Shown: positions 22,028 to 34,526 of the stretch, in pieces
Layout: every line of letters starts with the position of its first letter
How positions within the stretch are numbered: the first letter of the stretch is position 1
Assembly: GCA_001661245.1 (NCBI GenBank)
Contig: KV454012.1
Coordinates: 888,848 to 952,847 of the forward strand
Direction: 5' to 3'
DNA from: Pachysolen tannophilus NRRL Y-2460
Lineage: Eukaryota
Length of the DNA: 64,000 nt
The notes under the pieces: generated by a model
The model's database searches: none
What the model saw: only the letters and a program-made list of their open reading frames with translations
Told to the model about the DNA's origin: nothing
Made by a program: the position numbers and the translations under genes

Positions 22028-24346
22028 TTAACGTCTCTTATTCACAAACGAGACGTTTCTATTATTATTGACCCTGGAAACTTTCTTTGCCGGTTTAGGA
22101 CCCTCACTTTCCTTCGAATAAGGGTCAAATGATCTTTTCTTGTTTTTATCTTTATTTTTGTCCCTATATGATGATGATGGTTTGTCAGATAAGATTTTTT
22201 TTCCATCACGATAGTCAAAGACGTTTTGTTCAGTATCCTGTTGTTTTGAATTTGAATTATTCTTGCTATTATTGTTGTTTTTATTTTTTGACCGTAATAC
22301 GATGACCTCATTCGGATCAGTTTTATCTTCTTGCAAAAGAGGCTCCTTGATTTTCTCCTGTGATTCTTTTTTAAGTATTTTTTCTTCTTGGTCTTCATCC
22401 TCTTCTTCCTTGATTCCATTAACTTTTTCTGCAAGTAATTGTCTAATCAAAATTTCTTGCTTTTCAGATCCTTGTAATGCTTCACATACTTTGGAATGAC
22501 GTCCTGATATTTCAACCATCGAATTAATGATAACTTTATCATTATCATATTCAATTGACCAAGGAGACTTGAGATTATTTAAAAGCATATTTTGATGAAA
22601 AAGTTTAGAGTTCATAGACAATAAATTATTTTCGGTCTCTTTTAAAGAAAAATTTTTAGCTAATAGAACTTTGAAATCATTTTCTATTCTATTCACGAAA
22701 TTGAAATCGATTTTCTTATTTGGGTCTTCTTCCGTAAAATAACGATTTTGTTCAATACCTTTCATCAGTTCAATATCTTCCTCTTTTGCTTCCTCTAAAG
22801 CACGCTTAATAATTTGAGAAATTTCTCTAGCATTAATACGAACATAATCTGAAATGAAATTACTTGATGCTAAAACACCAGGAGCATCAGTTGGGCAAGA
22901 TGCTGCTAAAGAAACCAATAACTGATTTGGCATCACGTATCTTGTAGATTCATCATCTCTTCTTGCTAATTTGTCTCTCCATTCATATAATGCAACAACA
23001 ACAGGCTTTGTATTTAAAGGTAAATTGTATTGATACATCATTGATCCCCAAGGTTCAGTTTTTTCGTTTAAAGGACTCACCACCAAATTATTAGGTTTAT
23101 CCGGTCTATATTTAGTATACTCAAATCTTCTCCTAGCAACATTTCTTGAGTTAAACAAAACTTCTTTTAGTTTGTCTTCCTTTATTAAAACATTTTTCAA
23201 CTGGTCAAAAATGTACAACAAAAAATGTGTATCGGATCGAGCATAGGACATCATTGCGTCAGAGAGCGGTCTGACTCTCCAGTCAGCCAACTGATATTTT
23301 TTAGATGTTTTAAAATTAGCAAACTTTTCCAAAAGATAAGCCAAACTATGTTTGGGAAGACCTAGTAATCGAGAAGCATGGTAACTGTCAAATAAACTAA
23401 CAACGTAAAGACCTAAATCACGTTGTAACCATATAATATCCATAAATGCACCGTGAAAAACTTTAATTATAGCTGGATCAGTGAAAATTACATTCAATAC
23501 TTCTAAATCGTTTCGTAATGCTAAGGTATCGATTATCCAATCTTTTTCACGGTTACTAATCTGCATAAGACAAACTAAACCGTAATAGGTTCTATAGTCA
23601 TGATGCTCCAAATCTACAGCAATTTCCGTTGAACTTTTCAAACTTTCAATCATTTCATTCAATTTTTCAACAGTGTCGATCCATACTGGTCTGTTTTCTT
23701 CCCATGACTTTGAAGGAACAGGTTCCAGAATTTTCAATATGCTTTCAGGGTAATCTTGTTGCAAAATTTCTGTCTCGTAAGGATGTTTATAGTGTTCTGG
23801 TTCATTTTCTGTACCAGGTACCAAATTAAATACATCTTCAAACGGTACTATAGAGTTTGGTTTGGAAGTGAGAAGAGGTCTAAATGGATGGTTTTCAGAG
23901 TTATCAATCGGAACCTTGAATTCTAATTGAGGTTTCTGTATTCTTTTTCCTGTAGATTTATGAGTTGGATCTGTCATAGTTAAATCTTCTAAATAAGAAA
24001 ATTTTTCTTTTTCATTGCTGTTAAGTTTTGACGATTTATAGTCATCAAAGGCAATATCAGATTTTTCAAATAACGAGTCCAAAACATCACTAATATCTCT
24101 CCATGAATGCTCTATATTTTCTTTCCCGTATTTCACTGTATCAACATCTCCTTCCTCAACATTCTGCATTAACTCATTAATAAGATTTAATATTCTTTTA
24201 GATCCATTATCAATAGAACTAGAAAGATCAGTATCCAATGACTTATAGAATTTAACATCCTGAGCAGCAAGTGCTGAAGAAGCTCTCACCGTACTCAAGA
24301 GCTTCCGAAGCACATCTCCAACTAATTCGCTCTGTTCTTCGGACAT
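22028..24346 (-). CDS. RRP6: Nuclear exosome 3'-5' exoribonuclease Rrp6
   Basis: PMC2NT N-terminus, DEDDy exonuclease (IAVDLEHH, YQLADWRVRPL, YARSDTHFLL), HRDC (WRDKLARRDDESTRYVMPN); ATG 24346. Confidence 0.96.
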   Translation of the reverse strand: MSEEQSELVGDVLRKLLSTVRASSALAAQDVKFYKSLDTDLSSSIDNGSKRILNLINELMQNVEEGDVDTVKYGKENIEHSWRDISDVLDSLFEKSDIAFDDYKSSKLNSNEKEKFSYLEDLTMTDPTHKSTGKRIQKPQLEFKVPIDNSENHPFRPLLTSKPNSIVPFEDVFNLVPGTENEPEHYKHPYETEILQQDYPESILKILEPVPSKSWEENRPVWIDTVEKLNEMIESLKSSTEIAVDLEHHDYRTYYGLVCLMQISNREKDWIIDTLALRNDLEVLNVIFTDPAIIKVFHGAFMDIIWLQRDLGLYVVSLFDSYHASRLLGLPKHSLAYLLEKFANFKTSKKYQLADWRVRPLSDAMMSYARSDTHFLLYIFDQLKNVLIKEDKLKEVLFNSRNVARRRFEYTKYRPDKPNNLVVSPLNEKTEPWGSMMYQYNLPLNTKPVVVALYEWRDKLARRDDESTRYVMPNQLLVSLAASCPTDAPGVLASSNFISDYVRINAREISQIIKRALEEAKEEDIELMKGIEQNRYFTEEDPNKKIDFNFVNRIENDFKVLLAKNFSLKETENNLLSMNSKLFHQNMLLNNLKSPWSIEYDNDKVIINSMVEISGRHSKVCEALQGSEKQEILIRQLLAEKVNGIKEEEDEDQEEKILKKESQEKIKEPLLQEDKTDPNEVIVLRSKNKNNNNSKNNSNSKQQDTEQNVFDYRDGKKILSDKPSSSYRDKNKDKNKKRSFDPYSKESEGPKPAKKVSRVNNNRNVSFVNKRR

Positions 24347-24443
24347 TCTCTTTGACTCAGCTACCAAATTGCTAACGAAGTAATCAACTTCGCTTCAACT
24401 TTAGTTAAAATAAGTTATTAAGAAAAAAAACATTTAAAAAGTG

Positions 24444-24479
<36 letters not shown>

Positions 24480-24499
24480 AAAAAAACTAAAAAATAAAA

Positions 24500-27400
24500 A
24501 CCTTTTTGATATTTCATAAACTACTTTTATTATTTTTATATGCACTACTACTCCTAGATCAAAATTCAAATCCTCAGACAGTAAATAGCTGATGGCAAGT
24601 ACAATTCTCTAGACTGCCTCAAACTCTTTATCCTTCTCTGCTACTTGTATAAATTTTCCAGATACTAATTTCTTCCCATTCATATGGCTCAAATATCTTC
24701 TAGAAAATAAAATTTTACTTTACTGCACTTGACCTACTTGTCAGTTTTCTTGATATGATCATATATAAAAATTAATGATAATACAGCTTAAATTCTGCAT
24801 CTTTTTTCAGCTAATTTCTGCTGACTACATGCAGATATTTTATATCAAACTTGTAAAATATTACATCACTTCGAACAATTGCAATTGCACTTGCTGTTCT
24901 AAAATAAAAAGAAAAATCACTTTACTCATTTTTTATTTTTGAAGAATAATTTTCAAGACCAACAAACGCCCATAAAGCAGGTTTTAAATAAAAATTAATT
25001 TTCGCATATTCATAATCATTATAGTAAAAAGCTCTTTATTCTATACTTGACACAGCTCAAATCAGTTGCAGCTCGAAACTCATACTACCTTCTCAATTAA
25101 ATTCTTATATTAAAATAAAAAATCTAAAACTACTGTTAACGTCAGGCCTCAATTTATTGCATTCTTTTCATCTAATTAACTTTACAAATTACGGTTAGAA
25201 GCACCTGAACAAACTAGTGTAGATTTATTATTGAGAGAAGGGAAAAATATAGTGAAATATTGTTTGTTTAGCACAAATGCTTACGAGGTTGATTCTGACT
25301 TAACTAATTATAAGAGTTCAATAAGATCGTATTACTTTCTTCACTAAATCTTTTCAAAAAGAAGAAACCTCATCTGTACTACGGTAAACTGCTCTTATCT
25401 ACTCTAACTTGTCTTTAACTTGTATCATTTCCTCTCAGTACGATAATAGGTTAGGTTATCAAAATCCTAATCTCATTCCATCAAGAAACACCATCAGCTT
25501 TAATGTCAATTCCTATTACTCTCTCGATATTAAATGATTCAGGCACCTGTAAATCTAAATTTCTTTTTCTTAATTTTTTAATTATAATAAACAACTTTCT
25601 ATCTCAAATCCGCATCTAAATAAAGGCTGAACTCCTTAATGCATCAGCATTTCTTTCCGGGCTCGTTCTGCAGTATAGCTCTAGTAGTTGACCACAGGAT
25701 CCAAACTTTTAAGTCCAACACCAAAAATTCATCATTGCTTGTCTCTGATATCAATAATAATACACGAAACCTTATTCAACAAATATAACTCGAGAAGAAA
25801 AAAAAGCAATCAAATAAAAACAAAAGGCTAAATAGATGAATCATAATAAAAGGTTATCATTTTTATTCTGATTATGCGACGTAAATAAGAAAAGGAGTTG
25901 ATCACAATATTTCACAAAACAATGGTTAGTTTCTTCTCAATAATGTACGATCTAAGTATAGGCGAAATATGAAAACAAAATAAGTTAACTAACTATCTTC
26001 AAAAAACAAAATACGTTCAACATAGGGCTCCTAACCTCTGCGACAATTAATACAAATAGGATTCTAATATATGATAATTGTAAAGAGATTGTTTAACTTT
26101 TTAAGATTCTTTCAGTAAAATCAATAAAGGAATACCATAATATTGAAATTAGATCCTTCCCTTTAATTATGGAAATCTCTATTCGTTCGCATTTTCCTAC
26201 CTCAATCTAATTCACCGGGAGGGGAGAAATTCTACTACTGCTTCTTTGTTATGCTATTTTAAAAGTACTGCTATTACTAAGTTTCCATCTGTATTGTAAA
26301 GAGATACCATTGAAAGGTAACGATAAAATTTATTTCTTAAGGACAAATCGCTAGTATCGGTAGTCCCTTACTGAGTAATACTACGTGAATGTATTCGAAA
26401 CTTAGCGTTGGTTGTTCCTAACAAGATCTAAGATTGCAAGATTGCAAGCTGTGATAGGCAGTCATTATTTTCTAAATTGTTTCAACATCATCAAATCATC
26501 TACTATTTTTTTCAGTAAAAACATTTATGTTAAATGTAATCTAATACATCTTTACATTTTGTGATTGAATTTGTTGGAATAATTGATCAAGTTAAACTTT
26601 CAGTTACCTTGAAAAACATTAAATATGTTTAGAGAGAATATTTAATTTTTTAAATAACAATATTAGCAATATTGCGTTCAAAACAAAAGTCTTCCCAGAA
26701 CTATTCCGAAGATTATGCAAAATACAGGTTATTTTGATTTTCATCTTTAAAGCAAAAGAGAAAAAAAGGGAAATAGAATATTAGTCTAGTATTGAAAAAA
26801 AAAATTTAGATAGTTACTCGATAGTCACGAATTACTCGATAGTCACGATGTTATCATACAGCGAATTAATAGAACTTTTATCATTATCCGGATCATGTCC
26901 AGTTGACTGATCTGGAAAGAAAAAGCTGGAAATTTCATCGCTTAATCACCACTAATTATTGCTATGTTAAAATCAGGTTTATATTACAGCTTACGATAAA
27001 AGATAACAAAATCAATATTTTAGGAAGTGATTACTCATTTATATAAAGGAAGGGCTATTCGAGTAAACGATAATAGTATTTATTCTATTCCATTCATGGT
27101 CCTCGCCTCAGCAGTAATTTTTCAATTTTAAATAATCTTATGTTAGTAGTTCTCAGTTTCTTTTATTGAGGTAATACGAAATGGTAATACTTTTTCCATA
27201 TTTTTTTCATTGCAGAGAATAAATTCCAAAAGTTGTTTATAGAAAACATCTTTCTTTGTTAATGTAGGTAATACTAATGTAGATAAAGCCAAGTCGACTA
27301 AGAAGAGCCTTGGTCATTCTGTAAAAAAATTACTTTAGCGGTGCGCAGAGAAAGATTAACAAAGTTCGCCACATTACCTTTTTACATCAATCCACTTCCG

Positions 27401-30400
27401 AAATAGTCATTAATAAAAGATCACTTTAATCCGTTAGCCTCTCGTTGTTGTCCACTGCGGATTATTTGTGGTATATGAAAGCCTGATTCCGGAAATGTGT
27501 GTACACGAACAAGATATAGAGTAATTACATGTTGTGTTTAATACCTATTGTTCATTTTCTGGAATAGCGGCATCTCCGTGTGACCTCATCAATCAGAATA
27601 GCTATATATTCTACTGTCCTGTGAGCCTAAAACCAATTGGTATCTTGAACCCAAATCAAGCACTAAATGAATAATCAAGCGCCAACTTACAGCTCAGCAT
27701 AGCATATATTCTTTACTACTATCGCAAACAATGCAGATAATGTCAGATAAAGTTGTGTAAAGTAAATGCATACTAGTATGCTCGTTCTGCAGCATTGAGT
27801 ACGAGACTGTCTGACAAGGTGTTTCAGATTATCTCAATAAAATTAGTTAGTTATATGCTTTTAACTGAATAATGTTAACTAACATTTTTTCTTCTTAACT
27901 ACAAAAAATTTCTCCAACAATTGGATTTAGTTTCTACTGTTCTATTAACAATGTTTATCACTTTTTCATTTGTGTCTTTTACTTCAACTATTCATAAACT
28001 ATTCCTCCTTAAATTTGATTTTTACTTAAAGCCAAACGGGAATATTCAGAGAAAGATATTTCAATTCTTCATGGATTCCAAATATGGAGATTGATGTAAA
28101 TTTCTTTAGAGGTGAGAAGAAATTGTTTCGAAAGAACGTATTAATATTGTGTATCGCACCTTCCTTCCAAATAATTTGTTTTCCAATTTGGGTTAAGTCT
28201 ACATTTAGAAATATAAAAAGTTTAAAGGTTACAAAAAAAAAGAAAGAAAGGAAAAAAAAAAAAATGAGGAGGTTATTAATCAAATAGATAAATAAATCTT
28301 GGCTATTTAGAATGGAGGAAAAGAAATGAAAAGAAAAGAGAACAAAAGAAAAAAAAAATCAGTAGTACAGATCATTCTATTGCCAATGTCTTGCCAAATT
28401 TCAGATTGAAGTGAGGTCAGCGTTATTACTGGTCTTGAATTGTTAAAAGACTAATCTTCCAATCTAGTTAAATGATTGACTCGCTTACTTGCCTAATTGA
28501 AACTAGTTTTAATCCATTTACTCCAAACAAAAAAATTTTGTGCTTGCATTCAGGTCTAGAAATAATTCTTCCAAGAAAATTTCAAAGTTATTAGAGACTC
28601 ATGTCTTCTTTAGTATAATATTTGAAAAGTTTAAGGTATCTATAATTTTATTGTTTAGGCGTCATATTTGATTAATGCTTTAACACTGTGACTTTGTAAA
28701 CTCTGCAGCCTACAGATTGTTTAAGCTCTGTGATTTGATACCAGTGACAAGAGTAAAAGAAATCTTCCTATGTATGAGATGCTATTTACAGCGTAATTCT
28801 TTGACATTAACAAATAGAAGCGGTTAGGAGCACGGGCAAAACTTTAGATATAAAGGGAACTCTGTTTTTACATAATTTCTAGAAGTAAAGTGACAAGATA
28901 TGAGATAAACAGAATTAATGTATGTTGCCGAGGAATTTGATTATAATATATCAATGATACGAGCTATATCTAAAAACGAGCATTAGCGTCCACAAACACA
29001 TGATTGAATTAGAAAATTAACGGTCTTTTCTAGTATGCTAAATAGAAAAACTTACAAATGAAAGCACTTGACGTAATTAGTTTCAGAAACAGTTTTTTAG
29101 CAATTCACAAGTTCAGTCAGTAATGTGACAGCTTAGGGTGAATTGTTGCGTGGTTGAGTCTGTAGTTGTTTTCCTATGAGTTTCATGCATTCATTAGCAA
29201 TTGGTTTAAATAAAAATAATAACTTTATTCAATTAATCCGAAAGTTATTTTTCATTCTATGAAATAAAGCTTATTTCTCATTAATGTAGTTTTGGTGCAC
29301 TTGAAATGTTTGTCTAATTCAAGTGATACATTATTAAAAATAGTTTTCAACGGTTTTTTTCGCTCATTTTCTAGTAAAACATGTGTAATTCTTCGATAGA
29401 GTCAGGTTTTCCGATTTAATAGTAACTAGATGATGGTGTGTTACATATAAATGCTGGAAGATAAAATTTATAGCTCTTTTACTCAAAATTCATGTTTTTA
29501 GTAATATCAACGAACAGACGCTTAATAATGCCTCGATGTATTTTTAACACAAGAATATAGTGGAGTTTTCTTTTAACGAAATTCTAAAAATTTTTGTGGG
29601 TTCAAAGAGGCTAATAACCTTCAAAATTTTATAACAGCTTATTTATTTCACCAAGATACGACATAAAACAATAATCATTTGTAAATACATATTAATGCCG
29701 TAGCTACTGGTGACATTCCGCGAACATAAAGTATTTTAGTGTTTTTTATTTTGAAATCGTATTCCAAAAAGACTAATGTAAGTCTAATAAGTTTTAGATT
29801 TCGTGACAACATTCGTATTATGAAGTTTTCGGGGAGGGTTTTTTTTTTGTACTGATTTTAAGGCTTGATAATGCAGGAAGGTTTTGTTTTCACCCAGAAG
29901 TTAATGTAAGTATAATACAGCTTTTGGGGTAAAAGATTCTTCGAAGATGTCTGAAATTCATGTTTCAGAGGAAGATAATTTGCTTTTCCGTGAAAATAAG
30001 AGTATGGTGTTTTGAGTAAGATAGTTGTGATATACAGCAGCAAAACTTTGTAAAACAAGCTCTCAAGAAATAATCGCTAAGTCAAAAGTACTTATTAATT
30101 TAAGATGGGCTTTCAATAAATTTGATTCATCTTAATAAAATGAAAGATGACAAAAAGGATATTTGTGAGATTCAAATTATTTTTTGGTAAGCTGAGCTCT
30201 TACTGCATTTCAAACTCATTTATTATACATAAATACAATACGTATATACAAAGTTAAATAGGATATCAGTCACAATCTTTGAAAGCAACCATTATCGCTC
30301 CATGATGATATAATGAATTATGAGATTTTCAATTATTAGACAGAAAGAAACAAATAATAGTTGTGTGATGCTGACTCTTTTGAGCCCAAAAATTTTACCA

Positions 30401-31100
30401 TTGGAAATGATTTTTTTTTAACATAAAAGCAAACATAAAGCTGATGTTTAATGTTACCGAGTTCTTTTTCACTTGGACATCTAAAACCGTTTTAGGAGGA
30501 AGAATGCGTCTACGTGGAAATTTTGATTAATTTATAGATATATTTAAACTTTCAATACAGTAAATAAATCAAAACTATTCAGGAAAAGATGAATTGACGA
30601 TTAATCGTATTCATCTGTCGCTGCTGTAGTTGTTATTATTCTTTGCTTAAAACAGTTTCTGAATGAATTATGCAACCATTTCTCTACCCTTTAATCCATC
30701 ATTTGTTAAATCAAATATAATATCAAGGTTAGATTTCCTAAAAAAGCTTAACTAATATGCATAAAAAAGTTAAGTTGGTTGGGTATAAAAATCATTGAAA
30801 GAATTTTTAGCTGGCAGGAATTTTTCGCTGTTAAAACTAATCGAAAGTCATATTAAAATAGTAATTTATAAAATCACTTTTTTGTTAAACTTTTCAGAGA
30901 TCAGAGAATACAAGTTTTAAAATCAATAAAATATTAGATAGATTATATTTTTGATGAATCGAAAATGAACGAACGATGAAGTCAAATTAAAAAACAGCAA
31001 ATTAGAAATTAAACTGATAAAATTATACGTATTTTATATTATAAATTAAAAGCTTTTTTCCAGAATTCTTAAACTTTGCCTTAGGAAAAATTACAGTCTA
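24500..31100. other. Gene-free block; candidate regional centromere / replication origin
   Basis: No credible ORF over ~6.7 kb in a gene-dense window, few homopolymer tracts, GC-skew reversal, flanked by RRP6 and ADP1. Confidence 0.6.
26814..26848. repeat. Tandem duplication of TTACTCGATAGTCACGA (18-bp period)
   Basis: Read directly. Confidence 0.9.
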
Positions 31101-31142
31101 TAAATGTCAAAGTTTTTTTTCTTGCTTTTTGATTCTGTTTAC

Positions 31143-34100
31143 TTATCTTTTCTCGTAAACGAAATAGTGCAAACTTAGATATCCCAAAATCAAGAATGTT
31201 GCTAACATAGCTAATAACCAACAAATATCAAACCACAACGCACCAACGTCAAAACCAAAAGTACTCAAGATGACAGCACCTGGAACTTGGATATCCAAAC
31301 CGTATTTCCTTTCTTTTAAAATCAACGATTGAACCTCATTGACAATTAATGCTTCGTATCCGTAATGGAAAACAGAAAGTGTCTGTAGCCACTCAATTTG
31401 GATGGGTATTGTTTCCTGATTTACAAAAAGGCCAGCGAATAACAATGAGAATAATAATATCAATACACCAACAAGTGTGGCATTCCCTGGTTCCTTTATC
31501 AATATACCGACTATTAAAATCTCCACAGCTGTGGTCAAATTAAACAAGACTAGGATCAATAAACATTTAGTGAAGCTATCATCATTCATATTTAAACCAA
31601 CCAATGGATAAATAATTCCAGCTAAAATAATTGGCGGTAAAACCCTTAGCGGAAGAACATCACATATAATCTTACTCGTATAATAGCTTAATGGATTGTA
31701 ATAGTTATTTGACCTTTCTCTGATAAACACAATTCTTTCTATTGAGAAAGAATGTAATCCCGTTAATGTAGAAAACCCAAAATAGGTTAATAGAAAGAAA
31801 AATAATCCTAACCTATTTTGAAAGCCGCTGATATCATTCGTGACATTATAGTAGAGATAACCAACAAAGAGTGCAGCAGCAATGGATAATGCATAATGTG
31901 TCAATAATAATTTTGGATTACGATAAACATTTTTGAAAGTTCTTGAAGATAAAATGGCCAATTGACTTAAAAGTCCAGCTTTCTTATAATTGGGCTTTGA
32001 TTTGAATACAGAAACCGGTCCATTACCACGACCACCAGATTCAAATGATAGTTCTGAATTATTTTGAAATTGTTCAAAATCAGCATTTAATGCTTTAATT
32101 TCAGACAATACTTCTTCAGCCAAAAGAGAATTTTTAAAAGCAAGATTGACTTTCTTTTTCGCTGTAATTTCATTTGATACCACTGGTTTACCATTCCCAG
32201 CCAGTTGCTGCAGTTGACGCAGGACTTCTGGGTGGCTGTAGTCATCCCTGTGAACAGCGAAATGTGCCCATTCCCTTGTGTTATTATCATCTTCACTATT
32301 AGATGTAGGAATAACTCTATGTATATCTTGATCGTAATTAGCATTTTCCTCATCTACATGAGGCTCATCTTGTGATGTAATAGCAAAATCCTTTACTTCA
32401 GATTCCCACGAAGTTATATCAATAAGATAGTCTGCAATGTTATATCCAGGTGGACATTTGAAACCAATGTTAGAAAAAAATTCATTACACATTAGCATAT
32501 CACCAGAATAGACGGTTTCACCTTGACTTAACAAGATTAATTTATCAAACATTGCAACTATGTTACTTCTAGGTTGATGGATTGTAAAAATAATAGTTCT
32601 TTCATGGTCATGTGAAAGTCTCACAAGACAGTCAATAACATTTTTAGCATTGAAAGCATCTAATCCAGATGTTGGTTCATCTAAAAACAAAATTGAAGGG
32701 GATGTCACTAATTCACATGCAATTGCAACTCTTCTCTTTTCACCACCAGAAATTCCCCTTTCAAAGTCTGATCCTATAACTTTATCCTTGATATTATTAA
32801 TTCTCAACTCTTTTAAAATTTCTAAAACTTTCATTTTTTTAGAGTTGGTTGACATGTTTCTTGGTAACCTCAATAAAGCACTGTTCAAAACCGTTTCATA
32901 AACGGTCAAAGTAGGAATAAGATAATCTTCTTGATCCACAAACCCAATCATTTTTTGAAAACTTTGCAAATCCTGCTTCGATTTTATTTTTTCTCCATTG
33001 ACGTATAAGTTAGCAGTTTTTTCTCCACTCTTTACCTTTGCGGACAAAATATCCAATAACGTTGTCTTACCAGCACCAGAACCACCCATTATAGCTAAAC
33101 ATTCACCTGGTTTCACTATACCAAATGAATTATTTAAAATTAATCTACCATTAACAGTATAATTTACGCTATCAAAGGAGAATGTAACAGGAGCATGATT
33201 ATCAAAAAAGCCATCGTTATCATCATCACCGGGTAATGATATATAACCCACAGAGCTGAATAAAGGAGATCTCTTTATTCCTGAAATCGACAGCACAAGA
33301 ACCAACAATACTGAAATTAATGAACCAGCAATGACAAAAAGCTGTTTCCAAGAATATTTAGGTTTACCTGGAATATCAAACCCTGGAATTTCACTATAAT
33401 GCATACATTCACCAGAAGCACAATGTAAAGTAATATAGGGATCCCCAAAAACCGAAGTTATAAGATCATTCATACTTGGTTCTGAAAATTTACATTCTTT
33501 TTTGTCAACATCGCATGAAAAATCACCGGGACCTCTTATTGTTTCAGTTAAAAAATCAGAAATATCTATGGAACCTGCTTCACCACATAACATCTTGTCT
33601 GGAATACATTCACAACGAGCATCTTCACACTTATAATGTGTGTAATTTGTATCCAAATTATATTCGAATTTACATTTATCTAAATCACAATAAAAACTTT
33701 CATTTTCCAGAATCCAAAATTGGAAATTACAAGCTTCCAATGTCTTATTACATGAAAATGTAACTTGTGGTTTTTTACCATCCAATATTTCCACAATTTT
33801 TTTATTGGTGACATCACACATCTGATGAAATTCATTTACTATAATTCCTTGTTTATAACAGGTTCCTTTCAAACCACCTGGTAATAAAGCATCACATACA
33901 GAATCTTCCAAACACAAGTTACAATTTACACCTCCCCATCCATCTTTACACTTACATGATTTCTCATCAGAGCCTCTAACAGGTCTCCTGTTCTGTCCAT
34001 CCGACAAACCCCCACATAATGGCTCAGAGCAATCATTGCCACCAAAACCTTCACGGCATTCGCATAACCCTGTATACTCATTACACATTGAAAATTGTTT

Positions 34101-34310
34101 GCATTCAAAATTTGGTAATTTACAATCAAAACATGGTGGACAAGTTCCTGTGTTATCAGTTGCTTCCACAGATTCCGAAATATCCAATTCATTTAAATGA
34201 AAACTTGGAGTCCTATATTCGCTTCCAAATTGATCACAATTCAGTATCCGAATAAGATTCGCTATAAAGTATAATGATAATAATGCCAAACGGGAACGGT
34301 TAATCAACAT
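31143..34310 (-). CDS. ADP1: ABCG-type half transporter with Cys-rich EGF-like N-terminus
   Basis: Signal peptide, CPPCFDCKLPNFEC EGF-like region, Walker A GGSGAGKT, ISGGEKRR, LFLDEPTSGLD, ABC2 TM domain; ATG 34310. Confidence 0.95.
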   Translation of the reverse strand: MLINRSRLALLSLYFIANLIRILNCDQFGSEYRTPSFHLNELDISESVEATDNTGTCPPCFDCKLPNFECKQFSMCNEYTGLCECREGFGGNDCSEPLCGGLSDGQNRRPVRGSDEKSCKCKDGWGGVNCNLCLEDSVCDALLPGGLKGTCYKQGIIVNEFHQMCDVTNKKIVEILDGKKPQVTFSCNKTLEACNFQFWILENESFYCDLDKCKFEYNLDTNYTHYKCEDARCECIPDKMLCGEAGSIDISDFLTETIRGPGDFSCDVDKKECKFSEPSMNDLITSVFGDPYITLHCASGECMHYSEIPGFDIPGKPKYSWKQLFVIAGSLISVLLVLVLSISGIKRSPLFSSVGYISLPGDDDNDGFFDNHAPVTFSFDSVNYTVNGRLILNNSFGIVKPGECLAIMGGSGAGKTTLLDILSAKVKSGEKTANLYVNGEKIKSKQDLQSFQKMIGFVDQEDYLIPTLTVYETVLNSALLRLPRNMSTNSKKMKVLEILKELRINNIKDKVIGSDFERGISGGEKRRVAIACELVTSPSILFLDEPTSGLDAFNAKNVIDCLVRLSHDHERTIIFTIHQPRSNIVAMFDKLILLSQGETVYSGDMLMCNEFFSNIGFKCPPGYNIADYLIDITSWESEVKDFAITSQDEPHVDEENANYDQDIHRVIPTSNSEDDNNTREWAHFAVHRDDYSHPEVLRQLQQLAGNGKPVVSNEITAKKKVNLAFKNSLLAEEVLSEIKALNADFEQFQNNSELSFESGGRGNGPVSVFKSKPNYKKAGLLSQLAILSSRTFKNVYRNPKLLLTHYALSIAAALFVGYLYYNVTNDISGFQNRLGLFFFLLTYFGFSTLTGLHSFSIERIVFIRERSNNYYNPLSYYTSKIICDVLPLRVLPPIILAGIIYPLVGLNMNDDSFTKCLLILVLFNLTTAVEILIVGILIKEPGNATLVGVLILLFSLLFAGLFVNQETIPIQIEWLQTLSVFHYGYEALIVNEVQSLILKERKYGLDIQVPGAVILSTFGFDVGALWFDICWLLAMLATFLILGYLSLHYFVYEKR

Positions 34311-34485
34311 TATCAAAATTTACAGATAAAAAATTATACTGTAAAAACAATCCAAGTTGAATGAATTGTTATCAAATCTATAATGAAAGCAACCAGCAAC
34401 CAAAAATAAATTCTTATCTAATTAAGCCAAACTTCTTTAAAAAAATGTATTTATTATTTAAATAAATAATAATTACAATCAATAA

Positions 34486-34526
<41 letters not shown>

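Noticed and set aside
28026..30058. Short ORFs in the gene desert (28026-28283, 28084-28287, 29858-30058)
   Set aside because: Under 90 aa, partly derived from A-tracts, mostly non-ATG starts, no motifs
24500..31100. Point centromere (CDEI-CDEII-CDEIII), Komagataella-style long inverted repeats, or Ty5/LTR cluster
   Set aside because: CCGAA words exist but without a correctly oriented RTCACRTG and very AT-rich spacer; no long repeats or gag/pol remnants visible by eye (a dot-plot is still needed)
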